Virus genome (UHGV): UHGV-0076293
From: a virus
Length of the DNA stretch: 64,000 nucleotides
Strand: one strand, 5' to 3'
Below the pieces are notes generated by a model. That model was not told the DNA's origin and ran no database searches. It saw nothing but the letters and a program-made list of their open reading frames with translations. Below are positions 29,511-37,869 of this stretch, piece after piece. The position numbers were made by a program, and so were the translations under genes. Every line of letters begins with the position of its first letter. The first letter of the stretch is position 1.

Positions 29511-30149
29511 ATGTCTTTTGTAATTGATTTCGACGTTGGCCACAGACAGAACTTACTTAATCTCGTTAGTTATTGTAACAGCGACAGTGTACGGAAAAAG
29601 CTTTCGGCTGAAAAGGTAGACGTTACGCTCGTCGGTGCCCCAACACCTGAAGGGCGCTATAAGGTAAAGTTAACGAACCGTAACGACATAAACGATGCGG
29701 TACTGATTACCTACACAAAGCTTCAACTGAACGACTTCCTTGAGATTCCCGCCAAGTATCTGGATTGGTTTGATTTCGAAAACGGTCAACCTAAGAACTA
29801 CGATACGTGGGCAGCTTCCGCTAAAGTCGCTGTAGAGAAAATGTGCCAAGACCGAGGTATGGTGTTATCGCGCGCTTGGGACACCGGTTCACAGTGTCAT
29901 GTTGAGTTTGACGAGTCTATCGAACGGTATGTGGTTGTTTACGAGTGCGACTCTTTTATTTATAGTGCGAGAAACCGATTCATCTTACCTCTACACTTAG
30001 GGCAGGTGATTAACGACACGACATTAGACGGTCTTAATTACAATAACGAACTGAACAAGAAACCATTGGCGGATTTGGACGGTGAGTTAGAAGTGTGGAT
30101 GGGTCAGGCGTTGGCTGAGACAGTAGTCTTAAGCGGCCTGGAAGTGTAA
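29511..30149 (+). CDS. hypothetical protein
   Basis: ATG with GGAG RBS; ORF track extends to a GTG at 29487. Confidence 0.65.
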   Translation: MSFVIDFDVGHRQNLLNLVSYCNSDSVRKKLSAEKVDVTLVGAPTPEGRYKVKLTNRNDINDAVLITYTKLQLNDFLEIPAKYLDWFDFENGQPKNYDTWAASAKVAVEKMCQDRGMVLSRAWDTGSQCHVEFDESIERYVVVYECDSFIYSARNRFILPLHLGQVINDTTLDGLNYNNELNKKPLADLDGELEVWMGQALAETVVLSGLEV

Positions 30150-30161
30150 TAGTAACGGTGT

Positions 30162-30205
30162 GTAGAGAGAGCTTTCGGGCTCTCTCTACTTTTCTTTTTT
30201 TTTTC
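30162..30205 (+). terminator. intrinsic terminator
   Basis: GTAGAGAGAGC-TTTCG-GGCTCTCTCTAC followed by T10. Confidence 0.85.
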
Positions 30206-30233
30206 ATTATCGACGGTCTTTATGGAGGTGACT

Positions 30234-30788
30234 ATGAAAGAATATAGAATTGCGATCATCGGGTCTCGAGAAACACCGGAAGACGTTATGCAGGAAATGT
30301 TAGAAACGTTACGGGAAGGGTTTCGAATCTTACGAAAGAAAGGCTACACGATTACCACCCGTTCTGGAGGGTGTTATAAAGGCCCAGACCAACTTCAGTT
30401 TATGATAGCACGTACCGAGGACGTTAAGAGCGTTTGTTATCTGCCGGATGAAAAGAAAATGTGGTTAGGGAAAATACACCCTAAGGTAGAGTTTCGTTAT
30501 ATCCCACAAGACGTTCAGTATCGTGCAGTTGTTGCTTCACTCCACCCAAACCCAGATAAGCTCTCACCGATTGCCTGGGCGTTACACGGTCGTAATCTGA
30601 ACATCATCGCAGGTGACCGCTTAGACGAACCGGTAGACGCAGTATATTACTTTAGCGACCACGACAAACACGGAAACGCAAAGGGTGGTACTGCGATGGG
30701 TGTAAAATACGCGAAGTCAATCGACGTTCCTTGTTACTATCATACCGCCGATCGAGATAAGTGGTTGGAAAGTCTTCGTTTATTATGA
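30234..30788 (+). CDS. Rossmann-fold SLOG-like (DprA/LOG-like) protein
   Basis: N-terminal YRIAIIGSRE followed by a Gly-rich segment resembles DprA/Smf and LOG-family nucleotide-binding folds; GGAGGT RBS. Confidence 0.4.
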   Translation: MKEYRIAIIGSRETPEDVMQEMLETLREGFRILRKKGYTITTRSGGCYKGPDQLQFMIARTEDVKSVCYLPDEKKMWLGKIHPKVEFRYIPQDVQYRAVVASLHPNPDKLSPIAWALHGRNLNIIAGDRLDEPVDAVYYFSDHDKHGNAKGGTAMGVKYAKSIDVPCYYHTADRDKWLESLRLL

Positions 30789-30911
30789 ACTTGACTTTAA
30801 CCGCGTAGTTGAGTTCAGCGATTCACCGTGTGATGGGAACAGAAGTTACTGCGTATCCGTTAGCAGGGTGAACTGGGTAAAAGTAAGATCAAAGCAAACG
30901 AGTAAATTATC

Positions 30912-32045
30912 ATGTCAACGTTAGATAGCGACTTAGAAGTGCTTTGTGACGATTACGACCGACTCGTAGCGTTAGAATCCATTGGAGTAAAAGACAATTA
31001 TCCGGCTATCGTTGCTATCCGTAAACGTTGGCTTTTGGATGATGTGGTTGTTGCGTCAGAGTCTGCGGCCATGATGCATCGTGCGCAGTTTTTGTCAGAC
31101 ACGGAACCTGATAAAGGGATTGGCAAAGCGGCGGCGCGACTCACCGGTCGTGCGGTTCGTGGCGTAAGTCGGGTAGCAGGACGTGCTGCCAGTGCAGGTG
31201 CAAAAGCATCAGCGAACTTTGCAGGTAAACATTCCAAACAACTTGCTTTACGTTTTGTGGATTTTGCTGAGGCTGCCGGTAAAGAAGTCATTAAGGAATT
31301 AAAAGAAGCGACGTCTAAAACGACGACCTTAGAACGCAAACTGCAAAAGTTAACCGCACGTCTAAGTTTAATCGGTGACAAAGACACTTTAAAACCGGTT
31401 GACTGCGACACGGGAAGTTGGACGACCAAAGTCTGTTTAGAAGACAAACCTAACGTAAAAGCATGTATTGAGTTCAGTAAGAACCTGAACGCAATGGATG
31501 CGATGGTCAACGAGTATACCGTTAAAACACGCACCATTATCGGTAAGAGCAAGAAAGTTACCGAGAGTGGTTTGGAGAAAGTAGGCCGGTCAACGAACTG
31601 GGCGATTAAACGTAGCGCAGGATTGTTCGGTATTATTGATCCGTTTAAAACGGTGAAAGCATATCCGTGGCCAGGTAACGTGGTGGTCGTTGAACACGAC
31701 AGCGGTAAGATTGAGTGGGCGATTGCCCGTGATGGTGATTTTGGCCACACAATCAAATCGCTGAACTTACACGAAATCGGTTCAGCACTCGATGCCGTTA
31801 GAAACATTATCCGTGCTTTACGTCAGCGTGGTACGAAACGACGTAGCGTTGGTTATACCGGTATTTACGATGAAATTCAGCGAATGAAAAAAGAACTGAA
31901 ATCGTTAGACGGTCGTGAGTTACGTGACGCTACCGTTCGGTATAAGAACGCACTGCGTTTAGAAGATGCGTTTACTACCTCGTTAGTGCGTGTTGCGGAA
32001 GGCTTACTGGAATGGTGCAGGTTGTCGCTGATTGAGGTTAAATAA
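30912..32045 (+). CDS. hypothetical protein (377 aa)
   Basis: long ORF with Ala/Arg-rich N-terminal region; the antisense 269-aa ORF inside it is rejected. Confidence 0.7.
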   Translation: MSTLDSDLEVLCDDYDRLVALESIGVKDNYPAIVAIRKRWLLDDVVVASESAAMMHRAQFLSDTEPDKGIGKAAARLTGRAVRGVSRVAGRAASAGAKASANFAGKHSKQLALRFVDFAEAAGKEVIKELKEATSKTTTLERKLQKLTARLSLIGDKDTLKPVDCDTGSWTTKVCLEDKPNVKACIEFSKNLNAMDAMVNEYTVKTRTIIGKSKKVTESGLEKVGRSTNWAIKRSAGLFGIIDPFKTVKAYPWPGNVVVVEHDSGKIEWAIARDGDFGHTIKSLNLHEIGSALDAVRNIIRALRQRGTKRRSVGYTGIYDEIQRMKKELKSLDGRELRDATVRYKNALRLEDAFTTSLVRVAEGLLEWCRLSLIEVK

Positions 32046-32512
32046 TGCGTATCACTATTATTCTCAAACCCGACAGTAAATACGGAAAGTTATACGGCGA
32101 CCAGGTACTCAAACTGCACAACATGCTGTTCGCAGAAGAGAAAGTGCGTATTAGTCAGTTAACCGGCCGTGACACGTTCAACCCCATCGAACGTTTAGAA
32201 GAGATTTGGCCTCAAGATTATCTCTGTGCGTGTGCGGTAGGTGACAACGAACAGCTTCTGGGATTTATGACGTTCTCATTGGGTTCTTGCTCAAAAGACA
32301 CGTTTGTTTACATCGGGAATTACTATGTGATTCCTGAAGCACGTTCTCAAGGGGTAGGGCGTGCGCTTATGGACAAAGTCCGTGAATACGGAAAGTCCAA
32401 AGGTTGTGGTTGGATGAGTCTGGATGTGTTAGACAACAACGTTAAAGCTATCTCCTTGTATGAGAAAATGGGATTCCGTACCGAATGCAGGGAAATGATA
32501 AAGGAAATCTAA
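32045..32512 (+). CDS. GNAT family N-acetyltransferase
   Basis: motif A-like RSQGVGRALMDKV and C-terminal LYEKMGF. Confidence 0.7.
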   Translation: MRITIILKPDSKYGKLYGDQVLKLHNMLFAEEKVRISQLTGRDTFNPIERLEEIWPQDYLCACAVGDNEQLLGFMTFSLGSCSKDTFVYIGNYYVIPEARSQGVGRALMDKVREYGKSKGCGWMSLDVLDNNVKAISLYEKMGFRTECREMIKEI

Positions 32513-32513
32513 A

Positions 32514-33146
32514 ATGGCTGCAAGATTCGTACCGTTTCACGACGGGTCTAGATATACTTTTGGTGTAGAGCGTTACGCTGTGGGTTTTCGTCCTGGTTGG
32601 AGAGTGGTACGAATCGATAAAACGTGTTGGTGTTTACCGACCAGCATTTTTGATTACTTTACACCTGAAGCTTTAACGCGGTTTGTTTCTCTGGGTTCAC
32701 CCACGCAACGTGCTGCGTGGGAAAAGAATATTCGTTGCCGTTATTTGGGTAAAACACGAAACGCGACGGTACGTGGTGTTTATCATGTAGGGAGTCGTTG
32801 GTTACACGTTGAGCCAACACATCCCCGTTGTGCCGTCACGCCCTTTAACGGTGAATATCATGGTCAGGTGTATACGGGGTTACATTTTGCGTTCCCGGAT
32901 AACCCTGACCTTAATTATTTTCTGGCTACCCCGAAAGACGTTACATTAGCCACGTTCTATAAATACCTTTTGTTCTATCCTGCCTACGTCGTTGCAGAAT
33001 ACGAACACAAAGCATTTCCTCTGCCTTACGGTAGAGACAGGAGATTAGCAGGATGTTCTATCGAGAACTTCAGCAATACACCGACGCTCTCCGAAAAGCG
33101 ACCATTGATGCTCACAACAACCTCAGAGATGTCGTTAGCGTTATAG
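32514..33146 (+). CDS. hypothetical protein (210 aa)
   Basis: ORF directly after the GNAT gene. Confidence 0.65.
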   Translation: MAARFVPFHDGSRYTFGVERYAVGFRPGWRVVRIDKTCWCLPTSIFDYFTPEALTRFVSLGSPTQRAAWEKNIRCRYLGKTRNATVRGVYHVGSRWLHVEPTHPRCAVTPFNGEYHGQVYTGLHFAFPDNPDLNYFLATPKDVTLATFYKYLLFYPAYVVAEYEHKAFPLPYGRDRRLAGCSIENFSNTPTLSEKRPLMLTTTSEMSLAL

Positions 33147-33424
33147 AACAGTGTTCGGATGTATTGTATGCGGAAACGATTGAAACGCCAACCCACGACG
33201 GTGTGAAATCGCTCCAGCTACACGTTTGTAGTAAACACGGCAGTCTGTCGTTAAACTTCCGTGTAGGTTTAGATTATTACATGGTTCGTAAGAGCTATTT
33301 AAGTTGTGACGGTGACCTCTATCCGGTTGTCTGGAACAACGATTATTCTAAGTTTGTTTATCCACTTGAAGAACACCGACGCACGGTTTATGAATTTGTG
33401 AAAGCTGTTCTCGAGGGGTTCTAA
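33053..33424 (+). CDS. hypothetical protein (123 aa), overlaps upstream gene by 94 nt
   Basis: alternate-frame ORF; unusually long overlap, so one of the two boundaries may be wrong. Confidence 0.4.
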   Translation: MFYRELQQYTDALRKATIDAHNNLRDVVSVIEQCSDVLYAETIETPTHDGVKSLQLHVCSKHGSLSLNFRVGLDYYMVRKSYLSCDGDLYPVVWNNDYSKFVYPLEEHRRTVYEFVKAVLEGF

Positions 33425-33434
33425 AGAGGGTATT

Positions 33435-34043
33435 GTGATGTCAGAGATGATTCTCGACTCATTACTGCTGATTACGGTGGCGTATATCAACAAAACCGGT
33501 AAGCTACCAAAGCGTGGGGTGACGATTGAACGGGAGGGGTTTAAGCACCGCTACCCGTTAACGAAAGTTCTCGATTTGGCAGCGCGGTTAGCGAAGATGC
33601 GTAGACCGACGTCAGACGCAGCACCGAAGTACGTATTAGTGGTACTTCAACGTGCGATTTCTGAAGTTCGTCGTGCGCGTCGTCGTGCCTCGTTTCGCTT
33701 TTATCCAAACTCTACGCAACAGGTTGTGGGGGTCTATAACGAAATGGTTGTTGATTTACGTACCGAACACTGTAACGTTACGGGACTTGCGTATAACCGC
33801 CTCAAACGCATTCTGGACAACTCAGACGCGTTTACCACACCGCAAGAAGGCCAAGCGGCTTTAGCGCTTCTACGTGGCGCTGAGCTCGTTATTGTGGACA
33901 CCGCAGTACAGGCCGCAAGAATGCAGCACTATCTTGCTAAGCAAGGGTTAGTTATACTGTGTGTACCGTCTGCACAGGCTGCTAATCTTACCGCACCGGA
34001 AACGTCAGAAGTGTGGAGTGGTCCGATTGTTGACCATCAATAA
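33435..34043 (+). CDS. hypothetical protein (202 aa)
   Basis: ORF followed by a terminator. Confidence 0.65.
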   Translation: MMSEMILDSLLLITVAYINKTGKLPKRGVTIEREGFKHRYPLTKVLDLAARLAKMRRPTSDAAPKYVLVVLQRAISEVRRARRRASFRFYPNSTQQVVGVYNEMVVDLRTEHCNVTGLAYNRLKRILDNSDAFTTPQEGQAALALLRGAELVIVDTAVQAARMQHYLAKQGLVILCVPSAQAANLTAPETSEVWSGPIVDHQ

Positions 34044-34050
34044 AACCTTA

Positions 34051-34088
34051 CCCCTACCGTTAGGTAGGGGCGGGTTTCTTTTTTATCC
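34051..34088 (+). terminator. intrinsic terminator (repeat-family hairpin)
   Basis: CCTTACCCCTACC-GTTA-GGTAGGGG followed by a T-rich stretch; near-identical hairpin recurs at 34813. Confidence 0.75.
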
Positions 34089-34181
34089 TAAAATTTATTA
34101 CAACCAATAGCTATTATGTGAACGCCGGTATGGAATAAAGAAGTATCGGTTTAAATTTTTGTGCGTAAAGGTAAAACAATA

Positions 34182-34805
34182 ATGCTTAAGACAGTGTCTA
34201 TTGATGGCCCTGACTTTTCTGGGAAATCGACGTTGTGCAAAATAGTAAAAGGTATGCTGGAATCTGCGGGGTTAAAGGTCTGCATCCGTAATCACCCTAC
34301 GACGGAGACCGAAGCGGGTATCCGCGCACGCAGTTTAGTCGTTCAGTCCGCAGCAAAAGCAAAAATTGCTGAAGCGATGTGCGACGATTTCCTCCACACG
34401 CTAGACCATGTTGTTGACGATTACGATGTTGTTATTTTCGACAGGTTCTGTCCCTCTACAATCGTTTACCAGGGCGTCGACGGTAAAGACGAAGTTTTCC
34501 GACGCAAGCTAACGCGTCATTTCCACGCGCCAGATTTATACGTTTGGACAGATGTGGATTACGACGGCGCAGTAGCACGCTTTAAGAAACGAGTAGAAGA
34601 ACAAGGTAAGAATTGGGACGATGAAGTTCTTACCGTTAAGTATTTAAAAGACAACCAAAGCTGGGAAGCGTTACGTGACCACTACCGTTTCGCCCACCAC
34701 ATTCTCACTGAAGGCGGTTGTCTACATCGTTTATTGCCTGTGAAACAAGACGACGACTACCGTTTAAAAGCGGCGGAAATCGTTGCTTGTATTTTAGAGA
34801 ATTAA
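34182..34805 (+). CDS. tmk: thymidylate kinase-like nucleoside monophosphate kinase
   Basis: P-loop IDGPDFSGKST and DRF...STIVYQG align with the E. coli Tmk motifs (IEGLEGAGKTT, DRH...STQAYQG); ATG at 34182 with AAAGG RBS (track starts at a GTG at 34161). Confidence 0.65.
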   Translation: MLKTVSIDGPDFSGKSTLCKIVKGMLESAGLKVCIRNHPTTETEAGIRARSLVVQSAAKAKIAEAMCDDFLHTLDHVVDDYDVVIFDRFCPSTIVYQGVDGKDEVFRRKLTRHFHAPDLYVWTDVDYDGAVARFKKRVEEQGKNWDDEVLTVKYLKDNQSWEALRDHYRFAHHILTEGGCLHRLLPVKQDDDYRLKAAEIVACILEN

Positions 34806-34812
34806 TCCCTTA

Positions 34813-34848
34813 CCCCCTACCTTCGGGTAGGGGTTATTTAATTTTTTC
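34813..34848 (+). terminator. intrinsic terminator (repeat-family hairpin)
   Basis: CCCTTACCCCCTACC-TTCG-GGTAGGGG followed by a T-rich stretch. Confidence 0.75.
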
Positions 34849-34890
34849 TCAGATATATATTACCTTAGTGAGATTACACAGTAATCACTT
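34843..34890 (+). promoter_or_regulatory. phage promoter-like element with downstream 5'-UTR hairpin (copy 2)
   Basis: TTTTTTCTCAGATATATATTACCTTAGTGAGA followed by an inverted repeat (TTAC...GTAATCAC). Confidence 0.6.
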
Positions 34891-34923
34891 TACGACTTGT
34901 TCTACAGATTAGGATTAATTATC

Positions 34924-35283
34924 ATGGCTTACAATCACAACTCTATTGTTTTAGCAAAACGTAAATTCGGTCTTCATCTTTCTTACGTGATTCGTCATTT
35001 GACAGCGAAAGACATTACGCAGCGTGAACTTGCCCAGCTTGCGAAAGTTTCACAACCGGTTATCTCATCTATTAAGAACGATCGCAGCGAACGCCTGAGT
35101 CTCCCAATAATGATGAAGGTTGCTGATGCGATTCGTCTGAAATATCAGATTACGTTTAATTCTGTTAAAGGGCGTTGCTCAGTAACGGTTCACGTAGAGT
35201 CTGCGTTGGACTACGTTGCAAATACGTCCCTTAAACGTACAGCGAAGAATATTCGTTTTGTTACTAACAGCGCAACACACTAA
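34924..35283 (+). CDS. XRE-family helix-turn-helix DNA-binding protein
   Basis: ITQRELAQLAKVSQPVISSIKN is a canonical HTH; first ATG (track starts at a TTG at 34897); directly downstream of promoter motif copy 2. Confidence 0.65.
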   Translation: MAYNHNSIVLAKRKFGLHLSYVIRHLTAKDITQRELAQLAKVSQPVISSIKNDRSERLSLPIMMKVADAIRLKYQITFNSVKGRCSVTVHVESALDYVANTSLKRTAKNIRFVTNSATH

Positions 35284-35304
35284 TCAACCTAAAGGAGTAT
35301 TATC

Positions 35305-35988
35305 ATGGCACCGAAAACTAAGAAAACTGAAGTTAAAGAAACTGTAGAAAAACCGGTTGATGCTAAGGAAGCAGAAGTTAAGCAGACTGAGCCTAGCAAG
35401 AAGCTTGCGCTTATGCCGCCTGCCACAGAAATACACGGGGATAAAATCTTAAGTTACACTCCGCGTGCGAGTTTAACGATCGATATTTACCATTACCCGG
35501 TATTCGACTTGTACACGCTTGTCTGTCGACTCGACGATGAGGTACTGGCAGTCGTTCCTGGTATCCACAAAGAAAAACTGCTTACGGGTTCAGTCATTAG
35601 CGAGATTTTCCTGCGCTTGATGTTTAAATCAGACGATAAGAGGATCAGCCAGATTGCTAGTAAATTGGCTGACTTCTTTGTTGAGGCTTCAACGTGGTTA
35701 GGCTTTCACCCAACGGCTTATTTCATTTTCGACACCAAAATGTTGTATGCTGAAATGGGCGATAGTGTTAAGTATCCTATCTTACTTAATGAAGAAGTCG
35801 TTCCGTTTTCCCTTTCCAGTCCTAACAAACATCTTCGCTTTCATCCGGCGTTAGAAAGCCTGATCGAATACCAACGGTTGGAAAAATATTACGCTTATCA
35901 TCGCATGTTCTTTGAGCTTCTGCGTGATAAATTAAGAGGCAAAGTTCCAGATTCTAGTGTATCGTTCACTAGTTCTAAGCTTTGGTAG
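35305..35988 (+). CDS. hypothetical protein (227 aa)
   Basis: AAGGAG RBS; Lys/Glu-rich N-terminus. Confidence 0.7.
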   Translation: MAPKTKKTEVKETVEKPVDAKEAEVKQTEPSKKLALMPPATEIHGDKILSYTPRASLTIDIYHYPVFDLYTLVCRLDDEVLAVVPGIHKEKLLTGSVISEIFLRLMFKSDDKRISQIASKLADFFVEASTWLGFHPTAYFIFDTKMLYAEMGDSVKYPILLNEEVVPFSLSSPNKHLRFHPALESLIEYQRLEKYYAYHRMFFELLRDKLRGKVPDSSVSFTSSKLW

Positions 35989-35997
35989 TTTGTAACA

Positions 35998-36028
35998 AAC
36001 AGGGAGCTTCGGCTCCCTTTTTCTTTTT
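35998..36028 (+). terminator. intrinsic terminator
   Basis: AGGGAGC-TTCG-GCTCCCT followed by a T-rich stretch. Confidence 0.8.
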
Positions 36029-36074
36029 ACAACTTTTTCTTTTGTTGTGAGGAAAGCCGATAAGGAGTATTAAA

Positions 36075-37061
36075 ATGGTATATCGTAAAACGATAGAAAG
36101 AACCTCTTCTGATTTAACAGTAGGACGCTTAGCCCGTAGAGATATTCGCAATCCTCAACTTCAGGCATGTTTAATGGGTCCTAACGGTGCGGTGATTCGT
36201 GAAGCACTGTGTAATACCGAGCTGAATACGTTCTCTTTACAAAAAGGAAAAACAATCCAAGGGTTTATCATCACAAAACACATTTACGGTGATCCAACGT
36301 TACACTGCTTGTATATGCACGAAATTGTACCAGGCTGTTTGAACAAACTGAGTCTTCTATTGGTACTTGACTATACGGGTTTTACGTACCTTAACCGAAT
36401 TGCCAGAGGCGTGGAAGAAATTGCTGAGCTTAACGATTTAGGGTTTAGACATACCCACACAGCATATCGTTTAGGTACACGTACGCTATCGGATGTCACT
36501 TTACCGACGAACGTGAAGAACGTCTCCGGCGACTTCTATAAAGACTTAACCGGAGCACAACGTGAGCAGCTCATGACATTGTTTGGCACTAGTGTCGTTG
36601 AAAATATCAATGCTGACCCTGTAACGCGTTCTCGACAAATAATGCCGCAAGTTGAAACATTGGTGGAGTTAGTGCGGCACGTCAATCACTACACTTACGT
36701 TTGGATGGGCGGTAATGACGTTGTGGGTGTGGTGCAAGTTAAATCACGTAATCTTAGTGAGTGCGAACTAAAAGCCATTGCGGTAAGTGAATCACACCGG
36801 GGCCGTGGGATTGGGCGTGCGTTGCTGTATCGTGCTTTACAGATTGCATCGACAACAGCGGCACCATTAGAAATAGGGTGTTACAATAACAATTCAGCAT
36901 TTAGACACCTGGCTGTAGATTTGTTTAAATTCCGTCCCTACGAGTACGAATTTGTTTTAGTGCGCGACGACGATGTCGTCAGTTGGGAGCGTCGGAAAAA
37001 CCGCGTCGCGTTAGTGTTAGGCGACGAAATGTCAACGTTACAAGGCGGAATTAATGCATAA
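36075..37061 (+). CDS. two-domain protein with C-terminal GNAT acetyltransferase fold
   Basis: C-terminal AVSESHRGRGIGRALLYRAL (GNAT motif A); about 200-aa N-terminal domain of unknown function; overlaps the Dam start. Confidence 0.6.
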   Translation: MVYRKTIERTSSDLTVGRLARRDIRNPQLQACLMGPNGAVIREALCNTELNTFSLQKGKTIQGFIITKHIYGDPTLHCLYMHEIVPGCLNKLSLLLVLDYTGFTYLNRIARGVEEIAELNDLGFRHTHTAYRLGTRTLSDVTLPTNVKNVSGDFYKDLTGAQREQLMTLFGTSVVENINADPVTRSRQIMPQVETLVELVRHVNHYTYVWMGGNDVVGVVQVKSRNLSECELKAIAVSESHRGRGIGRALLYRALQIASTTAAPLEIGCYNNNSAFRHLAVDLFKFRPYEYEFVLVRDDDVVSWERRKNRVALVLGDEMSTLQGGINA

Positions 37062-37869
37062 ACCAATTATAAAGTGGATGGGTGGCAAATCGCGGATCAT
37101 CGACACCTTACTACAAGTCTTACCTGAACGTACAACATTCGTTGAACCGTTTGTTGGTGCAGGGTCGGTGTTTTTGAACACACGTTATAAACGTTACATT
37201 CTTGCTGACTCTAACCCTGACTTAATACAGTTGCTGAACGTGGCGAAAGACCAACCTGAAGAACTTATCTTAAAGTCGAAACCGCTATTCGAAGACGGTA
37301 ACGATTGTATTAAGTATATGGAGAGACGAGAACTGTTTAATCGCGAAACGGATATGGCTCCGTTAGACCGTGCTGCAATGTTTCTGTACTTAATGCGTCA
37401 CGGTTTTAACGGGATGTGTCGTTACAACGGCAGCGGGGGGTTTAACGTTCCGTTTGGTCGCTATCCTAACGGTGTGTATTACCCGTTAGAAGAGATTCGT
37501 GGTTGGGCTAAACGTTGTCAAGAACCGGAATACTTAGAAATTGTTTGTGAAGATTTCCGAACAGTTTTAGAGCGTACACCGGAAGACAGCGTGATTTACG
37601 CAGACCCACCTTATATACCGCTCTCAGAGACCGCTAAACACGCCCAATACCATCGGAAGGAGTTTTCCCAGGCTGACCATCGGGAACTCGCCAGAGCGCT
37701 GTTTAAGCAGGTTGAGAAGGGGAATAGCGTTGTGTTGTCCAATGCAGATACGTTACTAACGCGTGAGATTTATTACGGGTTCGAATGGCGTTCTGTGGAA
37801 GTAGGGCGGTATATGGGTGCATCGGGCGCTGCTCGTAAAACGGTAACGGAATTGTTAGGAGTGCTCTAA
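37054..37869 (+). CDS. dam: Dam-type DNA N6-adenine methyltransferase
   Basis: KWMGGK, VEPFVGAGSVFLNT, YILADSN and catalytic DPPY motifs match E. coli/T4 Dam almost residue for residue. Confidence 0.9.
   Translation: MHKPIIKWMGGKSRIIDTLLQVLPERTTFVEPFVGAGSVFLNTRYKRYILADSNPDLIQLLNVAKDQPEELILKSKPLFEDGNDCIKYMERRELFNRETDMAPLDRAAMFLYLMRHGFNGMCRYNGSGGFNVPFGRYPNGVYYPLEEIRGWAKRCQEPEYLEIVCEDFRTVLERTPEDSVIYADPPYIPLSETAKHAQYHRKEFSQADHRELARALFKQVEKGNSVVLSNADTLLTREIYYGFEWRSVEVGRYMGASGAARKTVTELLGVL

Noticed and set aside
30998-31807. 269-aa minus-strand ORF
   Set aside because: Lies entirely inside the plus-strand 377-aa gene. The translation is Ser/Ala/Thr-rich low complexity and has no translation signals; the plus-strand gene fits the operon orientation.
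37775-37795. GGGTTCGAATGG, which resembles a tRNA T-loop
   Set aside because: It lies inside the dam coding sequence with no flanking acceptor or anticodon stems. No tRNA could be folded anywhere in the window.
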